Source: Felis catus (taxonomy: Eukaryota). Taken from it: a stretch of 64,000 nucleotides of DNA. Every line of letters starts with the position of its first letter. Position 1 is the first letter of the stretch. Below the pieces are notes generated by a model, which worked only from the letters and a program-made list of their open reading frames with translations, ran no database searches and was not told the origin of the DNA. Location of the stretch: contig NC_058383.1 in NCBI RefSeq assembly GCF_018350175.1, forward strand, positions 29,080,001-29,144,000, in the 5' to 3' direction. A program made the translations under genes and the position numbers. Of the stretch, positions 39,210 to 49,729 are shown one piece after another.

Positions 39210-40620
39210 TCCTTCCTTCCTCCCTCCCTCCCTCCCTCCCTCCCTCCCTCCCTCCCTCTCTTCCTCTTCCCCTCGCTGCCCCCCAGCTGTTAATAACCAG
39301 TGTGTTCTTTAAAAAAAAAGAATCCTTGTATTTACCTTGTAATACGTAGTATTTTATATTTAGGAGTGGAATTGTTGGGTCATAGGGTATGTGTATCATG
39401 GTCCACTTCAAATGAGAATGCTAAATTGCCTTCCACAGAGGTGGTACCAGTGGAGATCCTATTGCTCCACATCTTCCTCATCATTGCTCTTAGTCTTTTC
39501 TGTTTTTGCCAACAAAACAGGCACAAAGTGAGATCTTACTGTGCTCATAATTGACTTTGCCTAAGCTTGAGCGTCTCTTTAAATGATTATTGGCTTTCTG
39601 TGCTTCCTTTTCTGTGAAAGGACTGTGCGTGCTTTTCATGTCTTTTGCCCATTTTTGTGTTGGGTGTTTTCTTTCTGATTTGTAGGTGTTTTTACGTATT
39701 CTGGTGCTAAACCTTCACCAGTTCCACGCATTACCAACATCTTCTCCCGGTTTGTGGATTGGCTTTGCTTTCTAAAGTGTCTGCTGATGGACAGGTTTTT
39801 ATTTAATGTAGTCCTACTAACTGACCTATTTTAATGCTTAATGTTATTTGTGTCTTCATAAATTCTTTCCTACTTCAAGCTCAGAAAAGATATGCACTTA
39901 TATTTTCTTTTCAAGTTTTCAAAGTTTGCTTTTGACATTTCATTTCTTCATCCATCTGGAGTTGATTTCTCAGCGTGATGTGACTAAGAATCCAATTTCG
40001 TTTTTTTTTCCTATGGATAAACAATTTTTCCAACTTTTCCTTTCCCGCATTTTCTGTCATGCTGTCTCTGTCAAAAATCAAAGTTTCAAAGATGCATCAG
40101 TCTGTTTCTAGGCTCTTCTGTACCCTTGGTCAGTTTGTTGGTCTCTGTACCATTTATACACCATCTTAGTTACTTTGGCTTAAAGGAAGCTTTTGTAGCT
40201 AGCAAGGCAAGTCCCCCTTCCTTTTTCTTCTTCAGAAATGTCTGGGCCATTGTTGGCCCATTCGTTCTTCTGTTTAACTTTTGGAATCAGCCTTTCCAAT
40301 TCCACAGAATAATTGGGGTATAATTTTTGTAGAGTAAAAATACCCTCTTTGTTGCGCAGCTCTGTGTTTCAGCAAATGCATATAGCCCTGTAACCACCAC
40401 CGCAATCAAGATATAAGACTGTTCCATCGCCCCCCAAAATTCCCTCATCCCTTTTGTACTTCACCTCCTCCCCCAGTCCCTGACTAACCCTGTTCTGTTT
40501 TCTATTGATATTTGTTTTTAATTTCATTTTTAATTTTTTCGATCTTTTATTAAAATGTGGAATTAAGTCTATAGATCAAGTTAGGAAGGAATCTATATCT
40601 TAAGTCACCTGATCCATAAT
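38960..40620 (-). mobile_element. Old L1 (L1M-type) fragments, including an L1MB-like 3' end at about 40310-40505
   Basis: ccattcacctgctgatggacatttggattg, ggagtggaattgttgggtcatagggta, tccatctggagttgattt, gtaaccaccaccgcaatcaagatataa. Confidence 0.75.
39178..39260. repeat. (GCCT)n(TCCT)n(CCCT)n compound tetranucleotide repeat
   Basis: Read directly; lies within old L1. Confidence 0.95.
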
Positions 40621-43600
40621 CTTAACGTATCCACCAACTTCGTTGGAGAGGCTTTGCGTGACAGTAATAGAAAGTTCTTAACTTTTTAGGGAAAAATCTA
40701 AACATTCTTTAAAACCCCTAGTAAAGGAAGCATTTTAGAAGACAACCATCAATCTAAATAACCACGTAAGTACATATAAATATATGGCAGACACATGGTG
40801 GTATCACCTAAAAAAGTCATGTTTTGGTTCCACACCAGCTTTGTCACTTGCCTACAAGACCTTAGGCTAGCAGCCTGGCTTCCCTGATGTCAGTCTCTGT
40901 CCCTGGGTGGTGACTAGAGCATCCCTTCCCTGCGGGGCCCCCGTGAAGATGAAATGCTGTAATGCGTGCCGGGTGTCAGGAGATGAGCGGCCCTGGCCCC
41001 GGGAAGCTGTGGTGGGCGGGGCTGCCCTGGCTCCCCTCCAAGGAGGCGGGGAGGGCCGTCGGCATGCGCGCTTCCCCAGAGGCTCTAACCAAGTGGCACC
41101 ACCAAAAGGTGGCCTTGAATCATTTCCCTGACAAATTTGGAAAAGGTTAGTATTACCGTGCGGCTCGCTACATGCTGCTGCTGACAGGCGAGCTGGAACC
41201 ACTGGAGGACACAGCTGACAGCCAATTCATTTTGCTGATTCATCCGTTCGAGGAGGGGTGGCTGTGAGCCAGAGCTTGGCTTCCAGATGAAAGGCCGCGA
41301 GCTCTGGAGCTGCTGGGACGTGAAGGAATGCTGGTAAATGACTGCCATGTGAAGGCCAGCGGTGAAAAGTGGCTTGTTATTTGTTTCCCCTTTTAAGTGA
41401 TCCCCATTCCACATGTTCTCGGGTAAATTCCCCACCGTGGTCAGGGGCTCGTTTGTAACATTTGTCCGTGGGGCTGCGCGCTGGATTATTGGAAACTACC
41501 AGATACTGTTAAATAGATCATCTTGGCTCCTTTATGACCCTATCATCACCTTTGCTTTCATGGGGAATATTGACTCAAGCCTACTCTTTTACTTGGGAGT
41601 CCAAATGAAACTCGAGAGAGGAATCATTGCAGATGTCATCCCTTTGGGGCATGCTCGCAAAATAAACCTGCTGCAAGAAGGAATGGAACTTAAGACAAGG
41701 AAATTCGGGAGCTGCTCATTGGCCGACCATCAGGACCGAACAGTGATGATAGAATCTTTGGGTTCTCTTCATAGATCACGCTGAAAGTGTAACCCGTGTC
41801 AGTAAGGTGGTCTTACGCTTCCAGTGAAATCCCCTCCACGTGATGTTTGCATGTGACAGGATAAGCTTCAGAGAGTGGAAATTGTGTCTCGTTCTCCCGA
41901 ACATCTGACACGGTCCCCGGGACAGCGAGCAGTGGCCAGGTGGGAAGCATGGGTGGTTGATGTGTATTGGATGTATAAATGGTAGGGTGGTTAAGTGAGC
42001 GGAGAAAGTCAGAAATGCAGTCCACTGAAAGCAGCAGAAGTAGCTGTCCCACGGAGTAAGATTTTCAAGAAAGGATCCCGTTTTCTGTGGTTCTGTGCTC
42101 AGAGTGACTTTGGCCGGTAGTGCGTCTCCAAAACTGGATGCTTCTTCTGTTTATCTTCTTGCGAGTGAGTCAGGGCACGCCGCCTTGAGCACACATCTCA
42201 GCAACTCACTCTCCTTCTCTGGGAGACTCGCTGTAATAGGGAAGTTCTGTAATACTCTGAGGGTCCTCCCTCCCACCTTTTTTCCTCTTTAACTCTAGAG
42301 TGATTATTTGAAAAGTTACAGCAAACTTCTTAGTAAAAATATGTGTTTTTCTTCAAGAGTGGAGTTGGGTTTTTTTTTTTCCTTTCTTTCTTGTTTTGTT
42401 GTTATGTTTTCCCTCAAGATGGCTAAACGTTTAGGGCATGACATTCTGTAAACCACTGCTATGCTTAGAAGTTTAGGCAAATCTGGCCCACTTAGAGCGA
42501 AGGTGAGAAGCGTTAGGTGTCAGATATGTGGAGCCTCTGCCTCTCATACAGTTGTCTTTCCCTCTGACTTAAGGTCCCCGATGTCCTGGAGTCCCCTGTC
42601 TGGTTCTGATGTGCCCACGGGCCGTGCGTGCTTGTCACTGCTGTGCATTTGTTTGCGTGTTATTTAGTGAGAACTACTCCGCACCCAGGACGTTGCCAGG
42701 AGTCGGGACACGGACCCTCTTGTAGACATCATGGTGCTTTTGCAGCTGTCCAGGTAGAAGGTCTGCCCTTAACGGCCCCTGCCGGCATGGCCAGGCTCTC
42801 GCCCTCTCACCACCACTGTGGGCAGTCACTGTTGGTGGTGACCGTGGGCTCGGAGAGTCTATGCACAAGCTGCAGAAGCCAGAACCAGCAAAATGGCCAC
42901 CCGGCCACCAACAGGTCTTCCCCGGGTCGTCGGTCCCACGCTCCCAGAGCGTTCTGTCCACCAGCCTCTGAAGAGCAGGCAGCGAAGACTGTAAGAAAAC
43001 TGACCTGGCCTTAGTGAAATGTCAGCACTAAGGAGGGAATGAGCTCCAGCTTCCAAGCGCTCCCGCCAGCCAGAGGCACATTGCAGAGAATTAGCAGTCT
43101 TTCGGTGTGGAAGGAGGAGAGGCGTGCTTGTGGGGATATCTTGAATTTGCACAGTTGAAAGTGACGTGCAGAGTGACAAGAAGGGCCCTGGCCTTCGGGT
43201 CCAGGCAGCCTGGTGTTGCTTCCCAGCGCTGCCACCAGCCCGCCGTGTGGCCTGTGGCAGCCACCCGACATCTGTGCCTCGCTTGTGAATGTGTTGTGAG
43301 GTTAGACATCTCGTATGGAAGGCACTGGGCACAGACATAGGGTAGGCCTTCCATATCGGACACGGTGGTCTCAGCTCTGCTGTCAATATTGCTTTCATTT
43401 TCATTTTCACTTTCTAACAAGGAGGAGTTTACAGTTTTCCCTTAGTGGGTTTTTTTTCCTCCCATTTTCTTACTCTGAAAATGAGTAATTTTCAAGCCAG
43501 TAATGTTACCTGCAAATGCACTTTACTTATCTCATAATGGTTCTTTATAGTTTACAGAGCACTTGCACAGAATCACAAAGATTGGGCTATGACGGCTCTC

Positions 43601-43800
43601 TTTTCTCCCAATGAGAAAACAGATTTGAAGAGCCTGTGGGACGTTCCCGAGGCCACCTGGCTTCTAAATGGCACAGCTGGGGTCAGAACTCAGACCTGAA
43701 TCCCTGGTTTCTTTTACTACCTCTGGCCACCTTTTGAAAGTGACATCTCCAGGGCAAGGCCAGACATTTTTACATGGATTTTTTTTTATTTTCCTTGTAG

Positions 43801-43990
43801 CCGTCAATACCAGCAAATACGCGGAAAGCTATCGGATCCAGACCTATGCTGACTATGTGGGAAAAAAACACGAGGAGAAGCAGATCAAGAGAAAGTGGAC
43901 AGAAGATAGTTGGAAGGAGGTTGAGAGAAAGCGGTTAAACACTCAGTGCATATCCTATGCTCTGCAGAATCACTATCACCACGCCAATAG
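43801..43990 (+). CDS. PARN: Internal coding exon of poly(A)-specific ribonuclease (equivalent to human exon 22); end of RRM plus NLS-like segment
   Basis: Translation (A)[62 protein letters not shown](S) matches recalled human [68 protein letters not shown]. Acceptor tttttatttttccttgtag ends at 43800 and donor gtaaga starts at 43991. 190 nt, phase 1 to phase 2. Confidence 0.97.
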
Positions 43991-44654
43991 GTAAGAGTTC
44001 TCGGTGCTTGATTTAAACGGGCAGAGTTGTTCTAGCAACGGCTTTTCTTGTTCTCACAGGACTAGAAGTCATAATTCTGACTTGTGAGAAAGAGTGTTTT
44101 CTAACTCTCCACGTCATAGCAGAAGTTATTGCCACCTTCATTCCTTCCGCGCCGTGTAGACCCAACTCCTGTGCTTAACACTCACACGGCCCCACTGAGG
44201 CAGACCGGATACGTGTTCTTCCCAATTGAGGGTGCGGCAGCTGGGGCTCTCTGACCTGCCCGCCGGTCCAGTGAGAGAACCAGGATCAGAGCTGAACCCC
44301 TTCCGTGTCCAGTCTATGCCCCCTTCCTTCCCCCAGTCCACCTTCGTGCCCCTGCCTGAGTGTCTGGCCTCCTTGCAGATCCCATGGAGACACTGAACCA
44401 CATCCCTGCTGTAGAAAGAGAACTTGACTTACTACCCCTCATGACCCATAACCCTTCCTTCAGAAGATATAGGCTGGTCACATGCTGTCTCTTAGTAGAA
44501 GGACAAAATACAGGTGTAGAAAACCAGGAGGGAAAGTTCATTACAGAAAACGATGAAGATTAGAAAAATGTGAACTTAAAGAAGAAAGTATGAGCCATAA
44601 TCCCACCACCCAGAAACAATCACTGTTAATATTTTGGATTGCCCTCCATGTCTT

Positions 44655-44712
44655 TTTTCTTTTTGTTTCTTTCTTTTTTATTTTTTAAGAGTGTGTGCGA
44701 GCAAGGGGGAGG

Positions 44713-44754
<42 letters not shown>

Positions 44755-44918
44755 ATGCAAGTGGGGCTGAGGGGCAGAGGGAGAGAGGGAGAGAATCTCA
44801 GGCAGCCTCCATGCCCAGTGCGGAGCCCAAAGCTGGGCTCGATCCCACAACCTTGGGATCATAACCCGACCTGAAATTGAGAGCCAGATGCTCAACCAAC
44901 TGGGCCACCCAGGCCCCC
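44655..44918 (-). mobile_element. CanSINE
   Basis: (GA)n and antisense body ending cccaggccccc. Confidence 0.9.
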
Positions 44919-45017
44919 TGATCCTTCATACATTTTAAGTGGTTGTTTAGAGATTTTAAAAATTGAGATATAATTAATATATAATAAAATGCACAGGTCT
45001 AAGATGTTTATTTCAGA

Positions 45018-45260
45018 GTTTTTTTTTTTTTTTAAGGAAAAGATTTTTTTTTTTTTTTTAGTTTATTTCTTTTTGAGAGAGACAGAAAGAGCACAAGCAA
45101 GGGTGGGACAGAGAGAGGGAGAGAGGGAACATCCCAAAATGGCTCCATGCTGTCAGCACAGAGTGTGACCCGGGGCCCGGTCCCATGAACCGTGAGATCA
45201 TGACCTGAGCCAAAACCGAGAGTCAAATGCTTAACCGACTAAGCCACCCAGGTGCCCCCT
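45018..45260 (-). mobile_element. CanSINE
   Basis: Poly-T tracts and canonical body. Confidence 0.9.
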
Positions 45261-45928
45261 TCCTTTTTTTTTTTTTTTTTTTTTTTAAAAAAACAGTTAA
45301 TACTTTTAAAGAAAATAAGGGTCTAAAACATGGGAAAAATGGCATACGTATACTCACAAAAATTCAGGCCTTCCTAGTTAAAGGTACAGTTAAGATTGTG
45401 GGGGCCCTTATGGTCGAGAGGAAGGACCCCCGCAGCTGCGTGCCTCACTTCTCTCAGCCTTAGCGAGTGGACTCTGAGACCCTGGGAGCGCTGTCACCAC
45501 CGCCGAGCTTCTCCCGGGGGCTATTAGCAGTGCTGATAGAAATGGACATTAGTTTCTCCAGCTGCTTGCATTGGTAAGGCACATGCTTCTTTTCTTTCCG
45601 GTGAGAGATTCAGTGTTCAGAATATTCAAGAAGTTTAGGTTGATAACTGGACAAAACTAGGGCTGAGATTCTGGGAAACTGGACCGGACATAAATTTGCT
45701 TGAGGGAGAGATGTGGTTGGGCGGCATGAAATCTGAATAAATAAATACAGGTTAGCACGGTGTCTGAAGAATCCTTCTTTACAGTAGATACTTAGACACT
45801 TAAAATCTCCCTAATAGGTATTTAGTCCGCATAAATAAACACTGATGCTCGAAAGATTCCTGAAAGGCAGGTGCTGTTACCATTCTCATTTTATCAAGAA
45901 TGTTCTGTAATTAGAGAAAAAGGTTTTC

Positions 45929-45971
45929 CAAAGCCACTTTGTCCTCAAAGCCACTTTGTCCTCAAAGCCAC
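45929..45971. repeat. 17-bp tandem repeat, 2.5 copies
   Basis: caaagccactttgtcct twice plus caaagccac. Confidence 0.95.
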
Positions 45972-46411
45972 CTTGCCCTTTCGAGATTTGGGTCGGTCTT
46001 ATCTACAGATTATTTGCAATTTGGCATTTTTCACCTGTTGGGAAAAACCCTTTGGCTCGTCTCTTCTTTCTAGTCTTTTCTGTCTGTGAGACTCCACTGC
46101 GGCCTTCCTTGACAATGTAGTAGCTCCTGGGAATTCCTGCTTATGTAAGAAACGCTAAAGCATACATCAGAGTTACGGTTTTCAGATTCCACATGATTGT
46201 CGTCAAAAGTTAGGGCTTTCTCCAAGTGACCAAATGAGCTTATTACAGTAGGGAAAAGGAGGGGCCGCCCTTTAGAGACCAAGAATTCTGATTAACCTGA
46301 TTGTATTCCAGGACCCATTGCTTTGTCAGACTGCTGCTTGCACATTTACTTATAAATGTGGGGCAGGTGTTTTCTCTGTTCCTACTGAAAAATTCCCTGG
46401 AGACAGCAGGA

Positions 46412-46507
46412 GCCATGGAGTGGCGAGGCCATGGAGGGGCAAGGCCATGGAGGGGCGAGGCCATGGAGGGGCGAGGCCATGGAGGGGCGAGGCCATGGAG
46501 GGGCGAG
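46412..46507. repeat. 16-bp G-rich minisatellite, 6 copies
   Basis: Unit gccatggaggggcgag; units 1 and 2 have one mismatch each, units 3-6 are identical. Confidence 0.97.
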
Positions 46508-47406
46508 GCAGCTGACTCCCCAGGCAGCTAGCAGACAAGGGTTCTAGTTCAGGCTCTGCCGGTACCTTGGAAATGACATCGTTCGCTCTTCCCTTTAGTA
46601 AATACCCTTCCAGAGCCCAGTATCTGCCTCTGTCTTCTCATCTTAAAAGGGGCATTTTGTTCAAGTCCATTTGGCTCTTAAATTCCAGATGTGTTTACTA
46701 TGTACAATGCGAGGAGGAAATGGACGCACGCTTTGGAGACCCTTTGACTTTCTCCTCAGGGAGCAAGTAGTTTCTTCTCAACCTGTGAATGAGAGTGCTG
46801 AAAATGCCCCTGGTTGGAGAAGTTTTAGATAAGGAGCATATAATAAAGACCAGAATGGGTGAACCAGTGTCACAAGCAGACCTACGAATGCCTTTTACTA
46901 CAACGAAATCGTAAACGACGATGCACCAAATGCAGAAAAGATCTTTGACCATTTCAGTGGGCACTGCCTTTTAACCTCCTCCTTGCCGCCTGTACCTACT
47001 CTAGAGTTTCTCAGAAGCTCTTCTCCCTGTGATTCAGGATGATCAGAAACCACTAGCCCGTGGTGCATCTGACTGGGTCCCAGCCTTTTTGTCCTCTGTG
47101 TCTTGGTCCTTTGCTTACACGTTCATTGCCTTCCCGCTTCTGTGACTTAGAGGGGTGGCCTCTCGCCTTCAGGCCCCCCGCACCCCTCCCACTGTCTCAG
47201 AATGTCTCTGTAGCCGAGCGCCACCCATTTTACCCTGGTGGCAGCTCACTCTCAGAGACTGGGCAGTGCATTTGCAAGCTCCTTGTTGACCATCGCTTGC
47301 TTCTTTTTTCTTGCCCTGGCTCCATTGGTCCACGGCAGAGATCTTCCTTCAGCTTCTTCTTCTTCTTCTTTTTTTTTTTAAATAAAAAAAAAAAAAAATG
47401 GAAGTA

Positions 47407-47545
47407 GGGGCACCTGCGTGGCTTAGTAGGTTAAGCATCCAACTTCGGCTCAGGTGATGATCTCGCGGTTCGTGGGTTCGAACCCCGCGCCAAGCTCTGT
47501 GCTGGCAGCTCGGAGCCTGGAGCCTGCTTCGGATTCTCTGTCGCG

Positions 47546-47582
<37 letters not shown>

Positions 47583-47635
47583 TCTCCCCCGCTCATGCTC
47601 CATCTCTCTCTCAAAAAAATAAACATTAAACAAAA
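47407..47635 (+). mobile_element. CanSINE
   Basis: Canonical; TSD aaaatggaagt on both sides. Confidence 0.93.
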
Positions 47636-47639
47636 ATGG

Positions 47640-47910
47640 AAGTGTAGTTGCCATATGATATTATATTAGTCTCAGGTGTACAATACAGTGATTCAGTACA
47701 TGACTGTATCCATGACTCAGTGCTCATCATGATAAGTGTAGTCACCATACAGCGTTATTACAATGCTGTTATCTGTATTCCCTTCGCTGTGCCTTACACC
47801 CCCGTGACTGGTTTGTAACTAGAAGATCGCACCCCTTAATCCCTTTCCCCTGTTTCGCCCATTCCCCCCCCCCCCGCCCCCACACCCCTCTGGCAACCAC
47901 TAGTTCCTTC
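47640..47910 (-). mobile_element. L1 3' end fragment (L1MA/L1MB-like)
   Basis: atattagtctcaggtgtacaatacagtgattca...ctctggcaaccactagtt. Confidence 0.75.
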
Positions 47911-48364
47911 CGTTCAGCTTTAACTGCTGCTGCTTCTCCTGGAGGAGATGCGTTGTTTTCCTTCTTGTCTGCTTCTGGGTTCTGTACTTTAGGAACAGAC
48001 GTGACGTCCAAATGAGGTTTCCCCAGTTTGCATGTTCCCTTGGATAGACCTGACACTTCCTGAAAGGGCTCCTGAAGTTTTCTCGGCTAGCCACCTCGCA
48101 ACCCTTCCTGTATTTGCGAAGGGCGGGTGTCGGCAGATTCAGTGTCGAGCCTGTGGGTTGGGTGAGCCTGTGGGTTGGGTATGTTTGAGCCGAGAAGATG
48201 TTTCCCGTGACACTTTGTAAACCATTGAAATGATAAACGCACATAATCTTTAAAGATTTGCCTAGGACAGGAGTATATAAAATGCAAGAGGGGAGAATCG
48301 TTGCTCCTCCCTCCCCGCCTCTTCTTCCCAGTGCCTGCTACTCTTCCATTTTCTTTCTTTCTCT

Positions 48365-48588
48365 TTTTTTAGTTTATTTCTTTATTTTGAGAGAGAGAAA
48401 AAGAGAGAGAGAGAGCGCGCGCCAGCGTGGGGGAGGGGCATAGAGAGGGAGACAAAGAGAATCCCAAGCAGGCTTTGTACTGTCACCACTGAGCCTGACG
48501 CAGGGCTCGCATTCACGAACTGCAAGATCGTGACCTGAGCTGAGATCAAGAGTTGGACGCTTCACTGATGGAACCATCCAGGTGCCCC
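48365..48588 (-). mobile_element. CanSINE
   Basis: Canonical antisense body. Confidence 0.9.
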
Positions 48589-49729
48589 TTTTCCCTTTTC
48601 TTTCGGTGGTTTCCGCTCTACCTCTCTTACCAACTTTGACCAATATACCTTGGTCAGTTCTATAAAAGACAAATTTAGCGCGTGCATATTACCTTCCATC
48701 TCTCTGTTTCTCTTGTCCCCAGGGTTCGTTATATTATTTATACTGTTCACTACTTTTTTGTGTCTCTACTTTTGTGCTCTTTTGAGAAGTGGATTTTAAG
48801 AGATGGCAACAGGCATACGTCCTGTTTATATTATGATTATGTAAATGCAATTCTCTGAAGGAAAAATGTTGCAGCAGGGCCCACGGGGAAGAAAGTGTAT
48901 TGCTGTGTCATAAAACTTTGCTGTCCAACCAAGAATCTTCTAAATATCCCAGGCTTTTTTGTGTAGATCTTTTTGAGAGAAGCAGTTTCCTTTTGCTTGA
49001 GTGAATTTGATTTTCTTTTTTTTGCGTATATAGTGTATGGTTAGTAAACCCTATGAAAATGTGTCTGTTTCACCTTCATAATTGATAATGTTGCTGGATA
49101 GAGAATTCTAGATCATAAAATTTTATCCTCTCAGAACTATAAATACATTGCTCTTCCCACTGTAATCAATAATCTGCTTTCCTGTTTTCCTTCAAGGCAG
49201 GTGCCACGTTTTCTGTGTCTTTTTATCTATTGCACCTACCCTAGAGTCTGACCCAGAGTTACATTCACAGACGTTTTTGTGAATTAATGGATGAATAAGT
49301 ACTGGAGTGTCCGTTTCCTCAGTGTAGGCTCTGGACTAGGTCATGTTTTCGCTCTTGTGATGCTCACAAGAAGCATCATGAGGGAGGTGAGGTCTGTGCC
49401 CCTCTCCCAGAGGCTCAGGGAAATTAAACAGCTCTTGGCAAAGATGTGGGTTTGATACCAGGATTATCTACAGAGCCCTGTTCTTTCCACCATGTCCCTC
49501 CCCGCCCCCCTACATCTTCCCAGATCTGGTAGATCCAGTCCTGTCCTCAAGGGAAGAAAGGACTCAAATGATTGCCTCTAGGTACGTGCCACATAAGGGA
49601 CAATTGTCTTGACTGTAGTCCCCACACCAGCAAAGAAAACATCTTAAGAGCTTGTATCTTTTCATTTAAAAGCAATATCCTGGGAAGCACAAGAGAGGCC
49701 CTTTTGGATTTCTGCTTAGAAGAATCCCA

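Larger units (their letters stand above)
1..43800 (+). other. PARN: Large upstream PARN intron (partial; intron 21 equivalent)
   Basis: No other PARN-like coding sequence found upstream; repeat-rich; ends in a polypyrimidine tract and AG. Confidence 0.8.

Noticed and set aside
43668..43994. 108-aa ORF as a stand-alone gene
   Set aside because: Only 43801-43990 matches PARN; the upstream part is intronic read-through across a polypyrimidine tract.
46412..46507. Repeat array as CRISPR-like
   Set aside because: Head-to-tail units without unique spacers, no cas genes, mammalian context.
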